Origin: a virus
Taxonomy: Duplodnaviria; Caudoviricetes
Virus record (IMG/VR): IMGVR_UViG_3300001346_000054
Span: 1 to 26,695 of that record
Strand: one strand, 5' to 3'
DNA length: 26,695 nucleotides
Part shown: positions 1 through 7,316 of the stretch, piece after piece
Layout: the number at the start of each line of letters is the position of its first letter
Numbering within the stretch: the first letter of the stretch is position 1
Program-made: the position numbers and the translations under genes
The notes under the pieces: generated by a model
Databases searched by the model: none
What the model saw: the letters and a program-made list of their open reading frames with translations, nothing else
What the model was told of the DNA's origin: nothing

Positions 1-467
1 GTGGTAGATTCTATCCATTGATCTACATTTTGTTTGATACCATACACATCTAATCCGTTTTGACTAGGAGCAACTATGTATACTTGATCTCCCATTTGCC
101 ATTGTTTTATTTTTAGTTTAAATTTGGCAAATCGTTCGTTAGTGTATTCGCCTTTTATATCTGAGATTTGATTTTCGTTGAACGTAACTCTCCAATAAAC
201 CGGCTTCCACCAATTACAATATCCTTTTTCAACATTCACATAATCGATATTTTTTTCTTGAAAAGACTCATGATACTTTTGAAAACCATCGTGTCCACCA
301 ACACCACCAAGTATTACTAAATCTCCTTGTTGGATATGATCAACATCTGAAAATATTTCTAAACCAGAACTTACACTAATTGTGTTTGCCAACTGAGTAC
401 AAGTACGTCTGCTGGTTCCTAAATCTAAACCTTTTGGAATTACTATTCTTTTGTATTGTTTATTCAT
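1..467 (-). CDS. KpsC/KpsS-like GT-B family protein, paralogue of the genes at 12128-15528; runs off the window edge
   Basis: Not in the ORF track. Read manually from ATG 467, overlapping the helicase stop: MNKQYKRIVIPKGLDLGTSRR...DYVNVEKGYCNWWKPVYWRVTFNENQ...ERFAKFKLKIKQWQMGDQVYIVAPSQ...DQWIEST. Open to the window edge and shares the vE/D-x-GY, R-x-K-x-W, ivaPS and dqW pattern with 14731-15528. Confidence 0.7.
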   Translation of the reverse strand, partial: MNKQYKRIVIPKGLDLGTSRRTCTQLANTISVSSGLEIFSDVDHIQQGDLVILGGVGGHDGFQKYHESFQEKNIDYVNVEKGYCNWWKPVYWRVTFNENQISDIKGEYTNERFAKFKLKIKQWQMGDQVYIVAPSQNGLDVYGIKQNVDQWIEST

Positions 468-1917
468 CGCCATCAAGGTTCTTTAAAAAGTCCCTCAACT
501 TTGTTTGATCTGTATTATCTGTATCGGCTTTGTGCAACGATTGTCCTTTTGTAGGATTAGGAACTTTTTCTTGTGATTCAGATGAATCTGTTGCATTATC
601 ATCTATAACTGTTGAAGTTTTTTTCAATGAGTTATATATGGTACTATTGCCACTGCTACCATAATTTTGTCCTGAATCATCTTCTGCTAGATCTCTTATT
701 CTTAAACTATCTAAATCAAATTCTAAATCTATTTTCTGACCAACACCGCTAGATGATCTAGTTTTCATTAATTGTATTTGATATCTACCACGTTCTCTCA
801 TTGCTCTACTTGTAAAGATACCAAACACATTATCAGCAGTTTGTATTTTACTTAAACCTCCTGATATATGACTGTGGTCAAATTCAATTTCTTCAACTGC
901 ACCTCTGTTCAACTGTGATGCTGTGACAAAGATAACATTTAATTCCATTGACAAGTTTCTTAATTCTTCAGATACAAATTTATCTTTAACAAACAAATCA
1001 CTTGGAGAAACTTTTCTACTGATTGGCATCATAAGATCCAAATAGTCAACCAGTATAACATCTAGTTTACTGCCAGTTTTAATTTCATATTCTTTGAGAT
1101 AACTTCTTAAATCGTTTGCGTTTTTACCACTTGCCATGTATTTGATTTGAAACTTACCTGCTTTTTTGCCAAGCAGTTTAACTTTCATTTCTACACCATC
1201 TAAATCTTTAAATATTTCTCTAGCAGGCACATCAGTGAGCATAGAATCTAGTCTCATACTTACTAGTGCTTCACTTAATTCAAATGATACATATGCAACA
1301 TTTAAACCATTCAGCACCCAATTACAACCTAAGTTTGCAAGGAACAAAGACTTACCTGCACCAGATCCACCAGCAAATATATTCAATTCACCTTTGTTGA
1401 ATCCACCAAACAATTTTTTATCTAGTGTTGTCCATCCTGTGCTAACCTGACCGTTTTGATCTTTCAATCCCATTAGTCTTGCTTTAGGATCATCAAAATA
1501 ATCTGTTCCTATATCTTTGTGTAATCCTATTTGTACTGCCTTCTTGACCAATTCTTCAACTGGACCATATTCACCGTTTTCCAACATATCAGCACTTTTT
1601 AATATTGCTCTTTCCAAACTTTTGTGTCTAACAAATGTTTCAAAGTCATCTAATAACCAATTGAAATGTTCTTCAGTTAAATTATCTGCCGCCTTCAATT
1701 CCATATTACACGACTTGTTCACAATGTCATATGTTGGCAATGAATTATATTGAACAACATACTTGTTCACAAAGTCTGCTGTTTCTTGAAGTTTTCTATC
1801 AAACAGTGTGTAATCAAATATGGACTGACAACGCACAAATGTTTCTGCGTCACTTAACATCATTTCAAGATACAGTTTTTGTATCTCGTATCCGTAATCT
1901 TTATTTTGTTTAACCAT
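460..1917 (-). CDS. gp41: Replicative DNA helicase, T4 gp41/DnaB-like (SF4)
   Basis: Walker A GGSGAGKS, SFELSE, Walker B ILVDYLDLM, TASQLNR, QTADNVF, QLMKTRSS. Start moved to ATG 1917 (MVKQNKDYG), 7 nt after a TATAAT box. Confidence 0.93.
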   Translation of the reverse strand: MVKQNKDYGYEIQKLYLEMMLSDAETFVRCQSIFDYTLFDRKLQETADFVNKYVVQYNSLPTYDIVNKSCNMELKAADNLTEEHFNWLLDDFETFVRHKSLERAILKSADMLENGEYGPVEELVKKAVQIGLHKDIGTDYFDDPKARLMGLKDQNGQVSTGWTTLDKKLFGGFNKGELNIFAGGSGAGKSLFLANLGCNWVLNGLNVAYVSFELSEALVSMRLDSMLTDVPAREIFKDLDGVEMKVKLLGKKAGKFQIKYMASGKNANDLRSYLKEYEIKTGSKLDVILVDYLDLMMPISRKVSPSDLFVKDKFVSEELRNLSMELNVIFVTASQLNRGAVEEIEFDHSHISGGLSKIQTADNVFGIFTSRAMRERGRYQIQLMKTRSSSGVGQKIDLEFDLDSLRIRDLAEDDSGQNYGSSGNSTIYNSLKKTSTVIDDNATDSSESQEKVPNPTKGQSLHKADTDNTDQTKLRDFLKNLDGDE

Positions 1918-2911
1918 TGTCCTTATTATACCACATTTCTCCGTGAAAGTCAATGTGCTTTTGATATTTGGCACACACGGCACCTATACACGATCCAGGA
2001 TCACCAGGATTTGTTGGCACCCATATATCATCCCAAACTGCATTTAATTTACTCACAGCAGTTTTATTCAATGCACACCCGCCTACCAAAACTATGTTTG
2101 ATGTTTTGATATTCATCTGTATCCACGAACTTGCACACATCAACACTTGTTCAAAAATGTGCTGTGTAGTTGCGGCTAGATCTGCCATGTCTTCTTCTGT
2201 GTTCAATTCTGGTCTCCACCAATTACAACCTCTGTGTAGATTTATTCTTGTTTTGAAAGGCATTCTAGTGTCGATAATTTCTTCCATCATCATTCTATGA
2301 TACTTTCTCCAATTACCTTTTTTCGCCAATTGTTCCAATTTGTATTCTTCTGCGTTTGCTTTGAATCCACATCTTTGTGTCATTGCTGAATAAAACAATC
2401 CAATGCTGTGAGGATATCTTTGAGTGTATTTCTTTTCTAACTTGGTACCTCTGCCATGCCAAATAGTAAATGTTTCAAACTCACCAATCGAATCTAAAAC
2501 AACAACTGCCGCATTTTTAAATCCCGATGTGTAATATCCATATGCCGCATGGCTATGATGATGATCAATATATTCTATAGGAACATTGTGTACACCAGAT
2601 TTTGCTAAAAACTTTTTGATATTATTTTCTTTCCATTTCCAACCTTGTCCTGCAATGAGTTGTCTCATAGTTTTCTTCAAAGGCTTTTCATAAAAATAAA
2701 TCTTTGCAGGGTAGGCCCATTTAGGATTTGCTCTTACTTCTGCCATTAGTTTCGGACACAGGGTAGGATCACCAGGCACACCACTGAAGTCTTTGCTCAT
2801 GCCTGCCCATTTTAATTTTAGAGCATAGTGATCAGTTAATCCTTGTACCTTCCATTCCATCACTGCCAAACTGGCATCGTGATTGTTTCCTGTTATACCC
2901 CAAACTATCAT
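1910..2911 (-). CDS. Carbamoyltransferase (NodU/CmcH/TobZ family), N-terminal Kae1-like domain only
   Basis: GITGNNHDAS, HHHSHAAYGYY, VLDSIGE, SIGLFYSAMTQRCGF, VGGCALN, PGDPGSCIGA motifs. The ORF ends about 22 aa after the last motif, with no C-terminal YrdC-like domain. Confidence 0.85.
   Translation of the reverse strand: MIVWGITGNNHDASLAVMEWKVQGLTDHYALKLKWAGMSKDFSGVPGDPTLCPKLMAEVRANPKWAYPAKIYFYEKPLKKTMRQLIAGQGWKWKENNIKKFLAKSGVHNVPIEYIDHHHSHAAYGYYTSGFKNAAVVVLDSIGEFETFTIWHGRGTKLEKKYTQRYPHSIGLFYSAMTQRCGFKANAEEYKLEQLAKKGNWRKYHRMMMEEIIDTRMPFKTRINLHRGCNWWRPELNTEEDMADLAATTQHIFEQVLMCASSWIQMNIKTSNIVLVGGCALNKTAVSKLNAVWDDIWVPTNPGDPGSCIGAVCAKYQKHIDFHGEMWYNKDNG
1925..1953 (-). promoter_or_regulatory. 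Sigma70-type promoter TTGACT-N17-TATAAT with extended -10 TG, upstream of the helicase
   Basis: Minus strand reads aTTGACTttcacggagaaatgTGgTATAATaaggacaATG; lies inside the 3' end of the carbamoyltransferase gene. Confidence 0.8.
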
Positions 2912-3084
2912 CTTTCAATTACCCAAGCTCTATGATAAAAATCGTCTATATTTTTTTGAATCAACGACTTTGCTAGTTCGTTGGCTTCTTTTTTATTCAT
3001 AGGACCGTATTCCTTTCTCGTTGTTTTATCCAAAGTTTTCATATTATTTGGATTTGTGTGAATTCCTTCTATTACAAAATACAT
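2908..3084 (-). CDS. Small protein (58 aa), possibly DUF4170-like
   Basis: Not in the ORF track. MYFVIEGIHTNPNNMKTLDKTTRKEYGPMNKKEANELAKSLIQKNIDDFYHRAWVIER; ATGA overlap with the carbamoyltransferase start and 1 nt from the upstream TAG. Confidence 0.7.
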   Translation of the reverse strand: MYFVIEGIHTNPNNMKTLDKTTRKEYGPMNKKEANELAKSLIQKNIDDFYHRAWVIER

Positions 3085-3085
3085 T

Positions 3086-3220
3086 CTATTTGTAAATAAA
3101 AGGGTCTCTTTTTTGTAATTCTCTAATCTTCTTCTTGTATTTGATGTATGTTACAAGTTTTGTGATAGGGAAAAACAAAATTGAAATCGCTTTTTTTATA
3201 AAATTTTTTATGCGAACCAT
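3086..3220 (-). CDS. Small basic hypothetical protein (44 aa)
   Basis: Not in the ORF track. MVRIKNFIKKAISILFFPITKLVTYIKYKKKIRELQKRDPFIYK; overlaps the primase end by 13 nt and fills the gap. Confidence 0.65.
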   Translation of the reverse strand: MVRIKNFIKKAISILFFPITKLVTYIKYKKKIRELQKRDPFIYK

Positions 3221-4212
3221 TTTTTCATCCTCAGTTTAGTTTTTAATTGTGAATCTTCAGCATTTTTAATTATTGTGTACAATGTATGAAGTCTACCATA
3301 TTTACATACAGCATCATTGACATCCTTGATTTCTTGATCCCAATCCGGCATACTGACACTCCATCCTGTTTCAAGACTGTCCCAAACTAGTTTTTGTCCT
3401 GCTTCGTCTCTGTCGGGAACCACAATCACATGTTTTCCTAGACTATTCACCAGTGTCGATTGTTGTTCTTTGATCTCACTGCCTAATAGAGCAACGCCAT
3501 CAACAGCAAGTGCATCAATGGGACCTTCCATTGCTACGATATATTTTCTGTCATCATCTTGAGCATCTGTGTTGAACACATATCCTGGTTGTTGTTCTGA
3601 TAGATATTTTACTTTACTCTCCACAACCTTTCTTGCTGTGTATCCAACAATTTTTGCTTGATGCATAAAAGGTATAATCAATCTATCTCTGAATCCTGCT
3701 TCAGGACTCCAATAAAAATCATAATCATCCAGTGTCAATTTTCTTTTAACAATATATTCCATCACAGAAAATAAATCTTTATCAACACCGCCCGGTTCTA
3801 AATCTTTGTATGTTGCCCATTCATGTATTGGTTTTGCTTTAGGCGGCAGTTCCTTAATCGTAAATTTTGGCAATGTGACAATCGATTTAAATCCAGTGTC
3901 ATCGGTCTTTTGTTGTAAAACCTGAAGTGCCAATTTTGTGATTACGTCATCAGGCATGTTCAACCATCTCATAAATTTTTTCATTTTATATGATAAATTT
4001 CTTCCGATACGCCAACTTGTTTTAAACCCACAGTTGAAACAATGGAAACTTACACTCTCGTCTGCTTTGGCAATCAATCCTCCTCGTTGTCTTGTATCAG
4101 GAGTTGTGCCGTTGTGTTGACAACACGGTGCGTTGAAAGCCACCCAACCACTAGGGGTCTGTTTTCTTTTAGAAGGAAGATAAGTTTGTAAAACGTCAAG
4201 CACAATATTCAT
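3208..4212 (-). CDS. gp61: DNA primase, T4 gp61-like (Zn-binding domain + TOPRIM)
   Basis: N-terminal PCCQH...FHCFNCGF Zn site, RLIIPF...GYTAR, KYL, TOPRIM MEGPIDA, VVPDRDEAG, KDVND. Confidence 0.9.
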   Translation of the reverse strand: MNIVLDVLQTYLPSKRKQTPSGWVAFNAPCCQHNGTTPDTRQRGGLIAKADESVSFHCFNCGFKTSWRIGRNLSYKMKKFMRWLNMPDDVITKLALQVLQQKTDDTGFKSIVTLPKFTIKELPPKAKPIHEWATYKDLEPGGVDKDLFSVMEYIVKRKLTLDDYDFYWSPEAGFRDRLIIPFMHQAKIVGYTARKVVESKVKYLSEQQPGYVFNTDAQDDDRKYIVAMEGPIDALAVDGVALLGSEIKEQQSTLVNSLGKHVIVVPDRDEAGQKLVWDSLETGWSVSMPDWDQEIKDVNDAVCKYGRLHTLYTIIKNAEDSQLKTKLRMKKWFA

Positions 4213-4218
4213 GCTTTT

Positions 4219-4247
4219 ATTATAAATTAAAAAGTGATAAAAGTCAA
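4219..4247 (-). promoter_or_regulatory. Sigma70-type promoter TTGACT-N17-TATAAT upstream of the primase
   Basis: Minus strand reads aTTGACTtttatcactttttaattTATAATaaaagcATG. Confidence 0.82.
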
Positions 4248-5033
4248 TTAATTTCGAATTAATATTTTGGTAACGCTACCAGAAGTGAGTGTATGCTTGA
4301 ATCTCAAATAACTGTATACTCCATTGAAGTTTACATATTCTAAACTGTCTGAAAGTGTTGACGTGAAGGTGTTAATATCTGACCAAAATGTATCTCCATC
4401 AACTTGATTGGCAAGAGTTCCTTGCACAACGATATCACCAACTGCTTCATCAAGATAATATGCCACAGTGTGCAGTGCCGAATTGCCATTGATTGTTGGT
4501 TCTGCTGTGATTGTTTCTGAAACAAACACCCCTGAACTTGGGTTGTCTTCAGTAAATGTTGTCACTGAATACGAATCTATTGGACCTGGAAATTCTTCTG
4601 TGCTCACAAACACTGTGCCTTTATTTGAAAAATTAGTACCACTATGCAATATAGTTTTTGATGCATCTGAATTTTTTTGTAGATACACAATGTAATGCAT
4701 GTATTGGGATTTTAAGTTTAATAAATCATTTTCAGATATCGTAATTGTAAAGTGTCCCACTTTGCTTGGTGTAGATGTCTCGATCACTGTTCCATCTTTT
4801 GATACTACTAATCTGTTGTTTTCGTCATACATTTGAAACTTAGGTGTGTATGTATCCAGTATAGACACGGGTTTCTGATCTGCATTAAGCACATTGAATT
4901 GAACTAGGTTGTCTATTCCTTTTGCGATGTTTAAATTTCTCTGATACACTGATCTATACTCCGTTATTTCTCCTGCCAGGTTTGCGGTAAGAGTCACACT
5001 GTTATTTAATAAATATTTTGGCACAAGTTGCAT
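4248..5033 (-). CDS. Hypothetical beta-rich protein, probably virion structural (BppU-N/Ig-like)
   Basis: S/T/N-rich with alternating hydrophobic strands (KGIDNLVQFNVLNADQKPVSI...GHFTITISENDL); preceded by a CAATAAATA late-type box. Function is inferred. Confidence 0.5.
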   Translation of the reverse strand: MQLVPKYLLNNSVTLTANLAGEITEYRSVYQRNLNIAKGIDNLVQFNVLNADQKPVSILDTYTPKFQMYDENNRLVVSKDGTVIETSTPSKVGHFTITISENDLLNLKSQYMHYIVYLQKNSDASKTILHSGTNFSNKGTVFVSTEEFPGPIDSYSVTTFTEDNPSSGVFVSETITAEPTINGNSALHTVAYYLDEAVGDIVVQGTLANQVDGDTFWSDINTFTSTLSDSLEYVNFNGVYSYLRFKHTLTSGSVTKILIRN

Positions 5034-5042
5034 AATCTTATG

Positions 5043-5051
5043 TATTTATTG
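5043..5051 (-). promoter_or_regulatory. T4 late-promoter-like box CAATAAATA
   Basis: Minus strand CAATAAATAcataagattATG; the AATAAATA core is one mismatch from T4 TATAAATA, and the same 9-mer recurs at 16221 and 25231. Confidence 0.6.
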
Positions 5052-5059
5052 ATATTAAA

Positions 5060-5425
5060 ATGCTGTTAAACGACATAGAAAAGAACTTTCCGTTTATCTC
5101 GGTCGTCGAATACGGTGGAAAAGAGTACGTTGGGGTAATCAACAACCAAGATACCTCTATTACCTCTATCTATGTGTACGAAGAAATACACACAAACGCC
5201 AGAGAAAAATTCATTAAATTGTGTCAAACTTGGTGGTGGGAAAGCAATAGGATGATCCCTATTAATATTTTTCTGCGTAAAGAATTAGCGAAATTCAAGG
5301 ATGTCTTGATGATGATGAACACAAAAGATGTCAGTGTAAAGATCGGTCCAATCACAAGCCTTAGTAATCTTGCCATGAAACGAAGCAAGAGAAAATCAGT
5401 CCAACTGGTTCGTAAGCCTAAATAA
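5060..5425 (+). CDS. Hypothetical protein (121 aa), the only credible plus-strand gene
   Basis: Fills the gap between two minus-strand genes, starts with ATG, and its stop abuts the mini-DnaE stop. WWWESNRMIPINIFL motif and a basic C-terminus. Confidence 0.75.
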   Translation: MLLNDIEKNFPFISVVEYGGKEYVGVINNQDTSITSIYVYEEIHTNAREKFIKLCQTWWWESNRMIPINIFLRKELAKFKDVLMMMNTKDVSVKIGPITSLSNLAMKRSKRKSVQLVRKPK

Positions 5426-5983
5426 TCAAGTTAATTGTTCACAGATAAGATTCATGTGTACAACCACGGCGAATGCATATGATGTTGCGTGAGATTTCTT
5501 AAAGAAGTATTTGTCATCTGTTGGCTTTGTCCATACTTCTTGCATTATTGTGTTCCAATCTTTGTGTAAAAGATACCGTTTACTTGGACGTATTATTGCC
5601 AACACAGCCGCTAGTTGTTCTATGTTTTTAGGTTTCAATGTTTTTAATATTTCATTATGTCCGTTTAAATGAAAGACTTGATCACTAAATTCTTTTGCTT
5701 CTAATAGTTCCCACATCGGTTCTGTTGTCATCAGTTTGTTTAAATGATCGTTGTCTTTTACATCTTTGTAGATACTGACATTTAAACAATCTAGTTTGAA
5801 GTAATTTCTATCTTCAGCAGTTTCGTAATCCAGAGTGGACAAGTTAGTAGCAGGATCATGAGGAATTTCTGTGAAGTAGACTCCAGTGTTGTGCTTCTTG
5901 CCGTTTCCTAGTTTGGCAATTCTGTGTTTTAGTTTTTCTAACAACACATTTCTATCTGCAAAGTCTATATCTACATCAAACAT
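5426..5983 (-). CDS. dnaE: Miniature DNA polymerase III alpha (DnaE/C-family)-like protein, 185 aa
   Basis: DnaE motifs in canonical order: DVDIDF, KHNTGVY, FKLDCL, QVFHL, LKPKNIEQLAAVLAIIRP, YFFKKSHATSYA. Confidence 0.8.
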   Translation of the reverse strand: MFDVDIDFADRNVLLEKLKHRIAKLGNGKKHNTGVYFTEIPHDPATNLSTLDYETAEDRNYFKLDCLNVSIYKDVKDNDHLNKLMTTEPMWELLEAKEFSDQVFHLNGHNEILKTLKPKNIEQLAAVLAIIRPSKRYLLHKDWNTIMQEVWTKPTDDKYFFKKSHATSYAFAVVVHMNLICEQLT

Positions 5984-6636
5984 TATAATACCAATTTGCT
6001 GTGTCCACCACCTATTTCACCTTTTACCCAAACATTAAATGACAGGGAGTGTCTTACATTAGTTGTGCTAGTGTTGACTTCAACACTGTGATTTAAAAAA
6101 CTTGGAAACATAACCAAATCCCATTTCTTTGGACTAATTGCCATTTTAGATTGATGATATAGATAACTTCTTTTGTTAACATAATCAAATTCATCTTTGT
6201 GATCTAATCTAACTGTATCAGTAAAAATATTTGTATGATTTTTATCTTTATGAAATACAATATTTGCTGTGTCTTGACAATCTGATAAAAACAATACTCC
6301 GGATATTAAACTGTTACTATGATAATGTTCCTGTATAAAATGGTTATGTTCATATCTATTACACCAACTTGTTGTAATAATAAATTTATGTTTCTCGTGT
6401 ATGTCTAAATATCCATGCATAAATTCACTTACTTGCGTTTCGATTTCTTTTTTAAGTGGCATTAAGTTTTCATTATCTAGCACATAATCATCTTTAGACA
6501 TGTATGATACTTTGTGTGATCTTTCAACATATTCTATTTTTTCTTTTAGAAATTTTTCACTTTCTTCGTATGGTTGTATTTGTGTCTGACAAAGTGGTAT
6601 TCCAAATAATGGAACAACATTGTGTTCTTTAATCAT
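5983..6636 (-). CDS. Putative 2OG-Fe(II) oxygenase (TIGR02466-like)
   Basis: PLFGIPL start, SWCN, HYHSNSLISGVLFL, FPSFLNHSV, RHSLSFN. Confidence 0.85.
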   Translation of the reverse strand: MIKEHNVVPLFGIPLCQTQIQPYEESEKFLKEKIEYVERSHKVSYMSKDDYVLDNENLMPLKKEIETQVSEFMHGYLDIHEKHKFIITTSWCNRYEHNHFIQEHYHSNSLISGVLFLSDCQDTANIVFHKDKNHTNIFTDTVRLDHKDEFDYVNKRSYLYHQSKMAISPKKWDLVMFPSFLNHSVEVNTSTTNVRHSLSFNVWVKGEIGGGHSKLVL

Positions 6637-7316
6637 AGTTTTGCCTCCTTTATTACTTCTTTCACCATTTCAACATCTGCCGGCAACCGTTTGAACCTAA
6701 GTGCCCAATGTGATGGATCCATCACTGGATACACAATCTGTAATTGTTCGTCATTAAAATTCTTCATCATGGTTTTGCCGCTTTTACAATTTAATATTAA
6801 CCAAGGTGATATCTTTCCGTCTTTGATGTCTATCACTGCTCTATTAAGACTTGCATACCTAAAATAATCACTCCAAGGTGCTTGTTTTTCATCGCCCCAA
6901 TCCATCATTGTTTTAATTGATCTTTCCATTGCTGTTTCTACACGTTCTCTTAAAATTAAATCACCTGCATATTTTAAATACATTTCTTCTCTACACCAAT
7001 GATCCAATTTTACACCAGAGGTGACCACATAGTCGATGTATTTGTTAGGATATAATGGTTTTACGTTACTAATAAAACTGCCAAATTTTACAAATGCCGT
7101 ATAGTAAGGTGATTTACAAAATTCTTCATATGTCTTTGTCTTAGTGGATTTTTGACATAATTCATAAAATCTAACAAATGTTTGAAATCCCAGTTGCACT
7201 CTTCGTTCATCTTTTTGTGTAAATCTTCTTTTTTGTTCACACATATGCACTGTTAATGTTTTTTCTTTGGCAAATTTTGCATTACAATATTTGCATGAAT
7301 AAAGTTTTTCAATCAT
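6633..7316 (-). CDS. Hypothetical protein with N-terminal C2H2-like zinc finger
   Basis: YSCKYCNAKFAKEKTLTVHMC fits Y-x-C-x2-C-x3-F-x5-L-x2-H; the rest looks helical and is unassigned. Confidence 0.7.
   Translation of the reverse strand: MIEKLYSCKYCNAKFAKEKTLTVHMCEQKRRFTQKDERRVQLGFQTFVRFYELCQKSTKTKTYEEFCKSPYYTAFVKFGSFISNVKPLYPNKYIDYVVTSGVKLDHWCREEMYLKYAGDLILRERVETAMERSIKTMMDWGDEKQAPWSDYFRYASLNRAVIDIKDGKISPWLILNCKSGKTMMKNFNDEQLQIVYPVMDPSHWALRFKRLPADVEMVKEVIKEAKL

Noticed and set aside
460-690. Low-complexity S/D/T-rich helicase C-terminal tail as a separate element
   Set aside because: It is in frame and consistent with a disordered linker plus terminal helix; no repeat structure.
1918-1983. 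22-codon upstream extension of the helicase ORF, suggesting a longer protein or a frameshift fusion with the carbamoyltransferase
   Set aside because: The extension runs through the promoter, the ATG at 1917 has the same promoter spacing as two other genes, and no slippery site is evident.
5426-5983. Mini-DnaE as a pseudogene fragment
   Set aside because: Motifs from distant parts of DnaE are joined in one frame with catalytic residues kept and a coupled start, which is not what simple decay would leave.
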